NCBI GenBank assembly: GCA_047495785.1
Contig: JBLDXI010000042.1
Coordinates: 3,596,001-3,660,000, forward strand
Direction: 5' to 3'
From: Lepidodermella squamata
Lineage: Eukaryota; Animalia; Gastrotricha
DNA: 64,000 nt
The notes under the pieces were generated by a model. It was not told the origin of the DNA. It was given only the letters and a program-made list of their open reading frames with translations, and ran no database searches. The position numbers and the translations under genes are program-made. Each line of letters opens with the position of its first letter. The stretch's first letter is position 1. This document shows positions 48,801-60,564 of the stretch, in pieces.

Positions 48801-51800
48801 AGGTTTTAGAGGTTTTATCCGCTAAACCTGGTTTAAACTCAGAATTTTTCAAACCATGTACGAGGAGGTTTACAAAAAAACGGGTATTACGGCCCAACCG
48901 GCGGATGGCGCGTCTTATAGCGCCATTGCTCGATGGCGCGGAATTCAAAATTTCGAAAAGTTGAAAGTGCATATAATATTTTTATTTCCAATATTCAGTA
49001 AAATATCTGAATTTTCGGCAGCTAAATTACTCGCAAAACTTCTCGACCGTCACGACTATTTCGTTTGCGATCGGTCAATGATAAACGTTTTCTGCGTTGA
49101 ATTTATCGCAAAATAATTATTATTCAAAATTATAATATCGCCAATTTCATTTATAATTGGCGAATGCTCAGGTAGGCTTAAATATTATTTCAGGCATTGA
49201 ACTATTATATATTATTGTCCCCAATCCGCCCCGTTCGCCAATTTATAAATCGAATTAATTTGCCCAAGTTTATTTTGTTACGCTCAGGTCATTCGAGCTG
49301 AAGTAAGAAATTAGGTCATACTCGTGTTCAGAATTTTAGAGACATACACAAAATTTCGTAATCATAATGGAAGGTATCAGGTGAGTTTTCATTGGGTTTT
49401 CAGCCCAGTTGGCCGAATTCCTGAAGCGCTGGAATTCGCCATGATGCACCGGTATTCACTAATATCTAACCGATTACGATTATACTGATTAACTATGTAC
49501 ATCTTCGTGGCACAAAAATAGACTAGCTTCAGATCAGCTGCAGATTTCATGAATTTTAGGCCATTTTGGAAATGCCCAACATTTTTTGAGAAGAATAATG
49601 CAAAAAAATTCAAAATTCAACAGAAGCTTCACCCGAACAATAATAGCTAGGTGGCCATGAATTCTCCCCAGCTCAATGGCAAATTCAGAGAGAACTTTTG
49701 CCAATTCGCATTTCAAAAATACTTCGCGTGAGAACTAGAAATGACGAACTGAATTGGCATGGTGTAGCAACGCGGCCGCGTTGTCTCACTGTTTCGTAAC
49801 TATGGGTTGTCCTTTTTTCCAGGGCATATTATTTCAAATTCAAATGATTTTAAAATTATTTCAAATTCAAGCATGGGGATTCGCCCAAGTTCTTATAATT
49901 AATGATGGTTGGTTGCCTCGTTGACATGGCTCCTCGGCGGCGTTTGTGAGAAGCCATTATAATTCAGTCGGTTCATAGTTGGCGGAAATTTTTTTCATCA
50001 AAATTCAAGGCTAGCTAATTTACAAAGAAAATAGTCCTCGGTCCTGATCGTCCAGCTTTGCCTCTGGTAGGCCGTCGAGATTCTAAGCGTGTATAATTCC
50101 TGAATCATTTAATAACAATAATAATAATAAATAGCCAACTGGTTACTGGTTAGCCGTGAAATCCTATCAAATTCTTTCTACCTAGTTATTTTTTCATATT
50201 GACACCGCGGGAAAAAGCTGAAAAACTCAATCGTTCCATAATATTCTATAATCTCACTTGCTTCTTGCAGATGACACATTGAAAATTAAAAAGGGACGAT
50301 TTAACAATTGGTTTTAGAAATTATATAGGACAACACTAGAAAAGTGTCCCGGAGTAATTGGATTTTTAGAAAGATCTCGGCTCAAGTTTTAGCCTAACTT
50401 AGGAAAAGATACGGAAAGTTTAAGCTAGATTCCAACATAACCCCCTTGATGATTGCACAATGGGTGCGTAAACACTGCTCAAAGTGCTCAACGTTCGCTA
50501 CTCGAATGCTTAATGAGTGATCAATGACTGCTCAATGACTGCACAATCGCTTAAAGGTTGCACAAAGAAATGCTTAACAGTGCAAAATTATATTGAGCAC
50601 GGGAAATGATTCTGCTCAACGAATGCTCAACGGATAAATAATTATTGTAAATTTAAAAAAAAAATCCGATTAAGAGATTTCCTGAATTTTCGAATAAGCC
50701 AACTTATAATGATCCAGCCACCAACTTTCTCTATGTTTTTGGATTTCCCCGTTTCCCGTCCTTATTATTACATCTAAGTATTCATCGAGAATTGTTAGGA
50801 ATTGGGAATTAGAGAAGCCGAAAATACGGAAATTTTGAAGAAATTTTAAAGCTAAATATTTAATCACCTGGAAGACAATCAGCGATAGCAGAACTGACGT
50901 TGCATGAGTTAGACGCTCCGGATTTTTCAAAGGAATCAGAAAGGTCAGGACCTAATTTCGACGGTAACTTGGCTATTCAAATATAGGATTTAAGTAATTT
51001 ATTTACCTGTAGGCAGCTCAACAGGAAGCATGGTATAATGTAGTTGTTGGTATAGTAACTGCTCCGCCTTAAAAAAACATCGAAAATGTGATCAAAATTA
51101 GATGGAATAAGTTCCAGCCAATTCCTTGTTACCTTTGCATATGCAGGATGAATTCGACTCTCGAAAAGGCGGTACTACTCGTCGCCCAATCTAACATGGC
51201 TACGCCGAAGCCATCGATAACGTCCCAGAGTCCGTTTTCACGGTACATCGAGAATGATATGGTTTTATTTTGTCGGAAAGTTAGATTCAACTGGTCGTGG
51301 GTGTAGATGACAGATTCAAGAATAACCTTACACTTTTGATGATCAAACTAGGTAAGAAAAAACAAAATTCGCGAAAATTCAAAGATTAGTCGGGGATATT
51401 TTCCTAACCGGGAAAAGCTCGAGGTTCAGCTCGCATCGTAATTTCATAGAACCAGTAGGGTGCCACCAAACCTCACCATTGTAATGAACCTGTCATCGAT
51501 AAAAAAAATCAATATATATTTGTAAAAATTCCTAAATTATTTTCTAAAATTTCAAAAATTATGAACCCACCTTAACTGCGAACTGCCTTGACCCAAGTAA
51601 TGCGTACATGTCATCAGCCGAATTTATGAATTGCAAGTCCGGAATCCTAATATAATTGGAAAAATCCTTCGAAAGCTTGAAATTAGACCCAAATTACCAA
51701 ACAGCATGGCCAGGTAGGATGATAGATTGCAAGCCGGAAAAGTTGGCCGGATTCCATCGTAAACGTCTATCCAGCCAGCCGAATTGAAGCCGCATCGCCA

Positions 51801-52215
51801 GATGAAGAATTTCGTCCTTCTCAATTAATTCCTGAACTTTCATCGGGAAAATTCTGGTTACCACTACAACTGTATCATTCACGTGCTTCGCCGGTCGAAC
51901 CAGGTCGCGATAGCCTCGAAGAATAAATTCCTGAAGCATAGTTTCGTCTTGATCTAAAACAAATTTAGTCAATTTTCTAACTAGAAAAAAATTGAATTTT
52001 TTACTGTATTTTATTGAACTAGTTTCGCCGTAGGAAGATGGGTCGTAGGCTTGTTGCGAGCCTTGCGAATGACTTTGAGATGGCATTGCTGACCCTTTGT
52101 TTTGGCCAGCCGAAGCCCGTATCGATCCGGCTTGCTGCATTTTCGGCATCTTTTTCTGAGCCTGCGACAAGATGATCAGTTGCAGCGCAAAAATAAGCCA
52201 CAAAAGTTGAGCCAT
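45845..52215 (-). CDS. Cys-loop ligand-gated ion channel subunit (nAChR-like, non-alpha), multi-exon
   Basis: Signal peptide, Y..LVRP, WLDRRLRWNP and W|IPD. Cys-loop CELNLELFP|FDHQKC. M1 YIIPCFLL, M2 PERLTHATSVLLSLIVF, M3 PLLARYLM, M4 LDSLTFLV. A 4.3 kb intron spans 46575-50867. Confidence 0.92.
48174..48556. repeat. tRNA-derived Pol III-type units: two direct copies and one inverted partial copy
   Basis: A box TGGCGCAATCG, B box GGTTCGATTCC and a T-run at 48174-48256 and 48479-48556. The inverted 3' half is at 48380-48418. No proper cloverleaf. Confidence 0.75.
48617..50445 (+). mobile_element. 1.8 kb PIF/Harbinger-type element, copy 2
   Basis: Same TIRs as copy 1; TSD TTG. Confidence 0.92.
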
Positions 52216-52891
52216 TTTTTCGAGAACTTGATGCTTTTTTAAATGTAAACCAGGCTATACTGGCGAACTTGACAGTTGGCTGATCAATCGGCGGCATGTG
52301 ATGAATATCATTTCGCCCGGAAGAAGTTGCTCGAGCAGGGAAAAATTACCATATCAAAAGCATCGGGGCAGACTTTTATTGCCTCAATAATTAACTATTG
52401 TTGCTCTCATATATAACCAATAATAAGTGATCTGGCGCCGATGCTTGTCGAATTTTAAACAAATTTGCTCAGGGAAATCCGGCATGTGATATATGGCAAA
52501 CAAATCGCACTGGTGAATGCCTCGGAAAAAAATACTCCGGATGCAATGGGAAGGCATGCATTTTTGACGGATCGCGTTGGTTGATGCGGTATAACAAAAT
52601 TTGAAAATGCTTGATATCAGTTAAAATAAAGGTACACTGATGGTTATCATTTTGCAATTCATAAAAATGTTTGGCAGTTGGCATTAATGCTGAAAAAACT
52701 CACGGAAAATCTTTCTTAGTCGAAAATCATTATTTGAAGAGAGTTATTTTGTGTCTCTCCTTGAAACCACCGATCAGGAACCATCATTAAAAATGAGTTA
52801 TAAATTTTTTGCTATTTTTTCAATTTTTTTCTAAGTTTTTACCGCTGTTTGGCGTGTCAAATTATTCGCTCAAAGATTATCTATTTTTCGA

Positions 52892-55186
52892 AGCACATTT
52901 TCAGTCCCGCCTACGTTACGGCTCAGCGCGCGCTACTATTGGTCAGCTCATTTTGAACTGAAATCAAAGGGCAATCTATGAATTTCACATCGGCTTTTAC
53001 ATCAAAATGAAGTAAATTGAATTCTCTATCGATTAAATATAGATATGTTACGATTGATATTTGAGACTTTAACATTTTACGTGCACAATTTTTACTTGGT
53101 GGTGCGCTCTCGTAAGGTCAGCCGCCCTAATTTTTCAGTGCGCGTAAAACTTTTTCCTTTTCAATTTTTCGAACGAGAACCCTATATTCAATCGATAGAG
53201 GATTAAATTCTCTTCATTTTGGCATAAAAACCGACTCAAAGGGGGTTATGTTGGAATCTAGCTTAAACTTTCCGTATCTTTTCCTAAGTTAGGCTAAAAC
53301 TTGAGCCGAGATCTTTCTAAAAATCCAATTACTCCGGGACACTTTTCTAGTGTTGTCCTATATAATTTCTAAAACCAATTGTTAAATCGTCCCTTTTTAA
53401 TTATCAATGTGTCATCTGCAAGAAGCAAGTGGGTTTTTCAGCTTTTTCCCGCGGTGTTAATATGAAAAAATGACTAGGTAGAAAGAATTTGATAGGATTT
53501 CACGGCTAACCAGTTGGCTATTTATTATTATTATTGTTATTAAATGATTCAGGAATTATACACGTTTAGAATCTCGACGGCCTACCGGAGGCAATGCTGG
53601 ACGATCAGGACCGAGGACTATTTCTTTGTAAATTAGCTAGCCTTGAATTTTGATGAAAAAATTTTCCGCCAACTATGAACCGACTGAATTATAATGGCTT
53701 CTCACAAACACCGCCGAGGAGCCATGTCAACGAGGCAACCAACCATCATTAATTATAGAACTTGGGCGAATCCCCATGCTTGAATTTGAAATAATATGCC
53801 CTGGAAAAAAGGACAACCCATAGTTACGAAACAGTGAGACAACGCGGCCGCGTTGCTGCACCATGCCAATTCAGTTCGTCATTTCTAGTTCTCACGCGAA
53901 GTATTTTTGAACTATCATGCGAATTGGCAAAAGTTCTCTCTGAATTTGCCATTGAGCTGGGGAGAATTCATGGCCACCTAGCTATTATTGTTTGGGTGAA
54001 GCTTCTGTTGAATTTTGAATTTTTTCGCATTATTCTTCTCAAAAAATGTAGTTGGGCATTTCCAAAGTGGCCTAAAATTCATGAAATCTGCAGCTGATCT
54101 GAAGCTAGTCTATTTTAGTGCCACGAAGATGTAAATAGTTAATCAGTATAAACGTAATCGGTTAGATATTAGTGAATACCGGTGCATCCTGGCGAAATCC
54201 AGTGCATCGAGAAATTCAGGAATTCGGTCAACTGGGCTGAAAACCCAATGAAAACTCACCTGATACCTTCCATTATGATTACAAAATTTTGTTTATGTCT
54301 CTAAAATTCTGAACACGAGTATGACCTAATTTCTTACTTCAGCTCGAATGACCTGAGCGTAACAAAATAAACTTGGGCAAATTAATTCGATTTATAAATT
54401 GGCGAACGGGGCGGATTGGTGACAATAATATATAATACTTCAATGCCTGAAATAATATTTGAGCCTACCTGAGCATTCGCCAATTAAAAATGAAATTGGC
54501 GATATTATAATTTTGAATAGTAATTATTTTGCGATAAATTCAACGCAGAAAACGTTTATCATTGACCGATCGCAAACGAAATAGTCGGGACGGTCGAGAA
54601 GTTTTGCGAGTAATTTAGCTGCCGAAAATTCAGATATTTTACTGAATATTGGAAATAAAAATATTATATGCACTTTAAACTTTTCGAAATTTTGAATTCC
54701 GCGCCATCGAGCAATGGCGCGATAAGACGCGCGATCCGCCGGTTGGGCCGTAATACCCGTTTTTTTGTAAACCTCCTCGTACATGGTTTGCAAAATTCTG
54801 AGTTTAAACCAGGTTTAGCGGATAAAACCTCTAAAACCTGCAAATTTTCTCTCATTTGTACATAGGTTTTTTAATCGAACATAGGAATTTTCTTCTATTG
54901 CTCCATTTTATATACGCGAACAATGGTGAGTCCCAATACGCAACAATGGTTGCTTTGGAAATGAGAGGAAAACTTAAAACTTAAACCTTAATCCAACATA
55001 AGGAAGGTTCCAACATACGCCCCAAAAAGTTCAAGTTACTTTTTGACAACTGCGCGCGCGGTAAAATCAGCGATAAATAACCGTGCGCACTTACGGCGCG
55101 CGTGTTTTTCGTAACGGTGTGCGCGAAATGGCCGGCCAATAGGAGCGCGCGTAGAGCCGTAACGTAGGCGGGCCTGATAATGTGCT
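52892..55186. mobile_element. TIR element with imperfect TIRs of about 55 bp, interrupted by Harbinger-type copy 3
   Basis: AGCACATTTTCAGTCCCGCCTACGTTACGGCTC... and its reverse complement at about 55130-55186. Candidate 8-bp TSD TTTTTCGA / TTTTTCCA. Confidence 0.72.
53241..55023 (-). mobile_element. 1.8 kb PIF/Harbinger-type element, copy 3 (inverted)
   Basis: Same TIRs; TSD AAA; small deletions relative to copies 1 and 2. Confidence 0.92.
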
Positions 55187-56178
55187 TTTTTCCAATTATT
55201 TCTGAGAAATGTGACTATTTTTGAAACTTAGCCTACTGCGAGAATCTCCCGTCGTTAAAAATTTAAAATTAACCGGAGAAAATCCGGAAAACCGAAATGA
55301 AAACTGGGACTACTCTAAAACAGCGAATGCAAATTCGATTGTTCTCGTTGCGCAACAATCGAAAAGTTTGGCCGTTGCGGTATTTTAGTGTCATTTGTTT
55401 TGGAGTAGCCCCATGCAAACTGGTTCGGTAATTTTCGGTATTTTACACCCGTCTTGACCGAATTTCTCCTGTTTTTCAAATTCCATTAAAAAAAAGACAT
55501 ATAACCTTGAATAACCTTTGAATTTGTGCGAGATTTTTTGGCGATGAGATGTGACTTTGCCTCTCATTTCAGCCTCATGCCTACTGCCTACCGTATTTTA
55601 CTGCATATTTTCTTTTCCTTTGTTTTTTGCGTTACATTTGGGACTCGATACAGTTACTTTTTCTCCATTGGCGATAGAGCAGGATTCCCTAATTCGCCCA
55701 CTGCCTAAATTCAGCCGCTGCGACCTAACCTCGGCCACTGGCCGAAATTTGGACACTAAATGCTGTGCAGCAGTTTTGTTTGCCCGCAACTCAAGACATT
55801 ATTTGCATTTTTGATTCAATCTGTTTCATGATTTTTCAAGCGCACGATCGCAAAGAAAATAATCTTTCTGATGTGATCCACTTGGAAAGCCAATCATCTT
55901 GTTTAAAAACGACGATACTTTCCGCGTTATCGACTTTGTCAAGTTTGGTGACAGTCCCATAAATATAGAGCTACTCTATGTGTGACACACTGGTTGTTTT
56001 GGCATTTTTTCACTAGATGCTAATACTATATTCCAAAACATTTTGGACACACCGGGATTGTAGCCACCCAATCGGAATAAAAAAAATAAGGCTGTATCAA
56101 AATTATCGAAGAATTATCACATAATCGTTGCTTTTATTGCTCTTTTTCTTTATAAAAAGCTTCATAAAAAAGTCGGAC

Positions 56179-57645
56179 TCAGGTGTCAAATTTGTCCGGC
56201 ATTTTGATTCTAGCTCTAATCTCAGACGGAGGTTTAGTATCAACATTATCCGACGTCCTTAAATAATAATCAGGATCGAACCGGCAATCTTCGAAGTAAC
56301 CAAGCGGCAACCGTTGCGTTGTAGCCGATCGGTTGTTGAACAGCGAGCCGAAAGTCGACGCCATTTCACTGTAGCCAGACCGCGTTATCACATAACGCGT
56401 CGGCTTCGTCGCCAGCACGTACCAGTCAAGCAGTGTCTCCAGCATCGCCCGGCGTCTAACCGTAGCATTCGCCTCGCCGAAATCGTTATCAATATGCCGC
56501 GGCTGGAAATCTAGGGCAAAAGCCGGAATTTTGACCTCGTTCTTCAACCGCTCGACAAACCAATTTTTCACCTCGAGCGAGTCGGACGCCACGTAGACGA
56601 CGCCTTTGCAGTTCTGACCAACTGTCATTTCGACGATTCGAGGCAAAAAGCACATCTCGATTTGCTCCCTAGTCGCCCGCGGCCATTCGTTAGATCGTTG
56701 AAAGAAATTTTTCGAAGAAACTCGAATTTGAACACCGATTCGACACTTCGGGCTGAGATCTGCCTCCAATTCGTGCCAAGTCCTATCGACTAGATGTAAC
56801 TCATTTAACAGCAACTTTTTCGGACGTTGAAGAATTGTCCGAAGGGCGAAAAATGCTAGCAGTTCATAGGTGAGCGGCATTTGAACGATTTCAACCATTT
56901 GAGCAGCGAGGAGTAGCATTCGATCATGAATGGATGTCTGATTCGAGTTAAACGTTAAATCAACCATGTCCAGCATGTTGACCGTGTAACTTATCAAAGG
57001 CGATTTCGATAGTAAAAGGGACATGTCGTTTAGGTCGTAGTAAAAGTGGTGCTTCTCCGAAATTCGATGCTTATTAACCCGTAACAGAGCCGTTAATAAC
57101 GAAGAAGAATTCGTTTTAATCCTGTAAAATTCTTCGTTAATCGCAAAAAATTCGCCGAAATCCCACGGTTCGGTCCAATTGATTAGGAAGACGCGATTGG
57201 AGGCGTAGGCGGCATAGAATAACGAAATCAACCCCCGGAACCGGTCGCCCAGCCCGCCGCAACTCTGCGTTTTCGCATCGATGCATTCGTAGACTAGGAG
57301 TCGAACTGGGCACCGGCCTTCGAGCTGGCAAATCGCATCTTGACGCATTTTTTCAACATAATACCGGCCAACATGGTCGAGAAGTTGTAAAATTCGAGAA
57401 TTCGCAACGTTCGAGTAACGAATTTTGGGCTCGGGTAGCGTTGTTGAAATCCTTAGCACATCGGCGTAGAGGCTGTTGTTTATCGGCGCTTTAAGGTGGC
57501 TGACAACGACGCAAGTTGTGATGATGAAAAGCACGACTCCGACCCAATTTTTGCGTAAATTAAAGCAGAAATCGTGTTGGAAGGCCCGGCAAAACGCGTC
57601 GATGGCTGAGTACAGGTAATTTTCGCGAGATGTATTAGCTTCCAT
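56179..57645 (-). CDS. Type II membrane GT-B glycosyltransferase, fucosyltransferase (NodZ/FUT8/GT23-like), intronless
   Basis: N-terminal TM segment WVGVVLFIITTCVVV. Motifs CGGLGDRFRGL, IGVQIR, VYVASDS, DWYVL and SGYS. Confidence 0.85.
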   Translation of the reverse strand: MEANTSRENYLYSAIDAFCRAFQHDFCFNLRKNWVGVVLFIITTCVVVSHLKAPINNSLYADVLRISTTLPEPKIRYSNVANSRILQLLDHVGRYYVEKMRQDAICQLEGRCPVRLLVYECIDAKTQSCGGLGDRFRGLISLFYAAYASNRVFLINWTEPWDFGEFFAINEEFYRIKTNSSSLLTALLRVNKHRISEKHHFYYDLNDMSLLLSKSPLISYTVNMLDMVDLTFNSNQTSIHDRMLLLAAQMVEIVQMPLTYELLAFFALRTILQRPKKLLLNELHLVDRTWHELEADLSPKCRIGVQIRVSSKNFFQRSNEWPRATREQIEMCFLPRIVEMTVGQNCKGVVYVASDSLEVKNWFVERLKNEVKIPAFALDFQPRHIDNDFGEANATVRRRAMLETLLDWYVLATKPTRYVITRSGYSEMASTFGSLFNNRSATTQRLPLGYFEDCRFDPDYYLRTSDNVDTKPPSEIRARIKMPDKFDT

Positions 57646-57734
57646 TTTTATTTACCCCGGTGGACGTTTCCTGTATTACTGATAGGGGTTTTACATGCCA
57701 GGAATAAGAAAGCTGGCCGTATCGTTACCGTTAC

Positions 57735-57906
57735 CGTCGTTGAATAACTCGGATTTAGGCTTGTTTTCATCCAATTTAAGGTGATGGGTGACAAGTAAAA
57801 GTAGTTTGTTTTTGCCTCTTCATTCATGTAAAAAAGCCGCTTTTACTTGTCACCCGTGACCTTGAAACGGATGTAACCAAGCCTAAATCCGAGTTATTCA
57901 ATGACG
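57735..57906. repeat. Hairpin / MITE-like inverted repeat
   Basis: CGTCGTTGAATAACTCGGATTTAGGCTTG... pairs with ...CAAGCCTAAATCCGAGTTATTCAATGACG. Inner arms GGGTGACAAGTAAAAG / CTTTTACTTGTCACCC. Confidence 0.85.
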
Positions 57907-59739
57907 CGAACGTACGAGGATGGGTCATAGGCTTGTTGCGAGCTGTGAGAATAACTTTGCGGGAGTGCGTCATTTTGACCCAAGACACATTGACCTAACG
58001 TAACATTTCGACCCATTGACCTACGACACGCTGCCCCAATCGTCAACTTGACCCAACTATTTCCATAATAATTTATCTATTTCAAAAACAGGTGACGACA
58101 TTTTGACCCAAGATATTTAGACCCAGATTAAGGTATCAGGATCGAAGAATAGTTAAAATTCATTTTTATCTTTATTTTTATTTTTGATCATGCTACAGAC
58201 CAGTTGTGATCAAAATAGTAGAGCATACTTTGAGTCTTGAATCTTGAAATCATTTGAATGGGTTACTTTGGCGGGCCCTTTTTCTGCCACAGGCAGCTCT
58301 CAGGTATGGCTAACGTCAGGTAAACTTTGGTTCATCGATGCGTAACGAAAATGTGAAACTTTCTTCGATCGCAACCCTGAGAGAAAGCGAGATATCCTAG
58401 GCCAATTTTTCATTTTATTAGGGATTTTGGAAAAATTACGGATTCGACAGCTCGATTTAGAACACCACCGCTTATTTTTCTGTATATTTCGAGATATCAT
58501 TGGTTCATCTTAACGCTGGCCGTCTAGAAGGGCAATTCTCCCTTTGTTATCTGTTTTTTCGACGTTCAAACACCTAAGAGATAATTGAAGCATAAGCTAG
58601 CTTTCCAAATCTGCAGCGTTTCCGAATTCCTACTAATAAAAATGTCGGCCCAATATAAACCTACTAATAAACCCAATCATCTCCTTTGTGTTACTCACAA
58701 GTGTTACCCTCCGCTGTTAGGCGAGCTACTCAGCGGCGTGTTCAGCGCGCGCGGCGAAAAATTAATCCGAGACACTTAAAGCACCTGACTCTCTCGCCGA
58801 TATATGGACGCGCGCGCGCGGTTGTGTTACGCTCGTCAACCCGCGGCGAAAAGTAAACAATTTTGGGTCGAAATAATGTTGATGTAAGCTCCATCCTTTA
58901 AATAAAAAGCAGTGATCCATCCTTGGGTTAGTAGTATATCCCTTCCACTTCCTCCAAGAACACATCATCAATCCCCACCAACCGCGCATTAACGGTGACC
59001 GCATCGTTTACGGAATAACTGCGGTGAAAATGTCAGCTGGCAACACTGTCTAGGACGAGAGCCCCATTATTAGAAGGGCTTTCAAAATCGGCGCTACGAC
59101 CTTTCCGGGCTAGGTAAATGAAAGGAAAAAATACATTTGTTGCGCCACTTTTCATTAATTCAATCGAAAAAGCGGATGGGATGGGAATATAGAAGCGCGG
59201 AGAAGCGCCCTCTTCTGTTCCTAATGCGCAGCAGCCGCTGAGGCTAACAGACAGTCGATCAATCCTCCCATCTCCCATGGTCAACCTTGGTGAAGTATTC
59301 GATAATGCGGGCCCGCTGGACGGTTTAATCAACTCATCTTCGCCCACTACTACAACTTGTCTCCAGTCTTTCGAATTACGGTTTGAAAAAGTGGCGGTTA
59401 TTTTGCCTTGCAGTAGTGAAGGGTGATGAATGTGACGCTAAGTGATTGAGGTTGATGCAGACAGGTGATCGTAATCAGGAATAAAAAGATCTCAATTTAT
59501 CATGATTGCAAGTGAGAATTTAAAGCTACGGCGCATGTGCCGTTTGATGCCATTTTATGATCGCAAGTGATATCTCACTTCCAGCGCGCAAGCGCGGTCA
59601 CGATAAAATGTTATATTGCTACGTGCGTTCGCATGATTTTATGGTAGCTCAAATCCCCATGCGCGCGCGCATCTCCAGTGAGAATTTCAAATATATCAGT
59701 GAGAATCATGAAAAATTTCTATCCGGGTATGCCTCTCCG

Positions 59740-60310
59740 TCATGTGAATCTCGGAGCGGCCTTTTGTGGCGCAGCTCTTTTCACATTGAGCACATTTGAA
59801 CTTCTTGTCCTCCTGCTCACCCGAGAGTGATATTTTTTGTAATGCCGGGTGATCTCCTTCTTTTCAGCCGTTGAGGCCGAGCATAAGGTGCAGAAGAATT
59901 TCCTTTCGCGTGCGCTCGTAAGCCTCGGTGCCGAAGCTACCGCAACGATTTTTGGACCGGCAGACGCTGATCCTTTCAGACGCGTTCGAATCTCGCAGTA
60001 CATTAGGTGACAGAAGTTGACACCATTATAGCCATCAATTTGAGGGTTTTTCAATCAAGGAATTTAGCCACAAATTTTAGAGCAAAGAGATCACCCCTGA
60101 TTTTGTTACCCACATGTTTGAGCTGCTCAGTGTGAAATACAATAAATGTAGTTTGTTGTCAACAATATAGCCCAGAATTTTGAGCGATGTGGTGATTTCG
60201 ACACTCGTGTTTTCGACTTTGATGGAGATGTCTGGGGGAGGTGCATCGGGATCAGTGGCTATGATTATCATCTGTGACTTTTTTCCATTGACTAGTAAGC
60301 TATTTGCTGT
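59740..60310 (-). pseudogene. Decayed 3' remnant of a LINE ORF2
   Basis: NSLLVNGKKSQMIII...SLKILGYIVDNKL (RT thumb-like) followed by a C2H2-like FFCTLC...HYKKYH. Confidence 0.55.
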
Positions 60311-60564
60311 CGGTTGATATCGGATTGGAGGCGTGCTACGTTTTTATCTGACAATTACATAGTGGTGTCATGTGCGAATTGAGCTATTTTCGAATGTATT
60401 CAAAGAGCTAGTTTTAAGATGGAGATCCTACTCCTGAATCATGAATAAGGCTGTAAACGCCACAGGCACCAGATTTTGTGATAAATCAGCATCGTGTGGT
60501 TGGAAAAGTAAACAAATCAGGTTATTTTCGATCGCTCGTTATTCTTGAACGATGAACATTATTC

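Larger units (their letters stand above)
47937..50635. mobile_element. TIR element with TGCTCAA subterminal repeats and tRNA-like units, interrupted by Harbinger-type copy 2
   Basis: TIR ATCCGTTGAGCATT / AATGCTCAACGGAT flanked by AAAT on both sides (a TA TSD is an alternative reading). Confidence 0.75.

Noticed and set aside
58762-59400. Chromodomain-like KWKGY or MATH-like ORF pieces
   Set aside because: Isolated short matches in interrupted frames.
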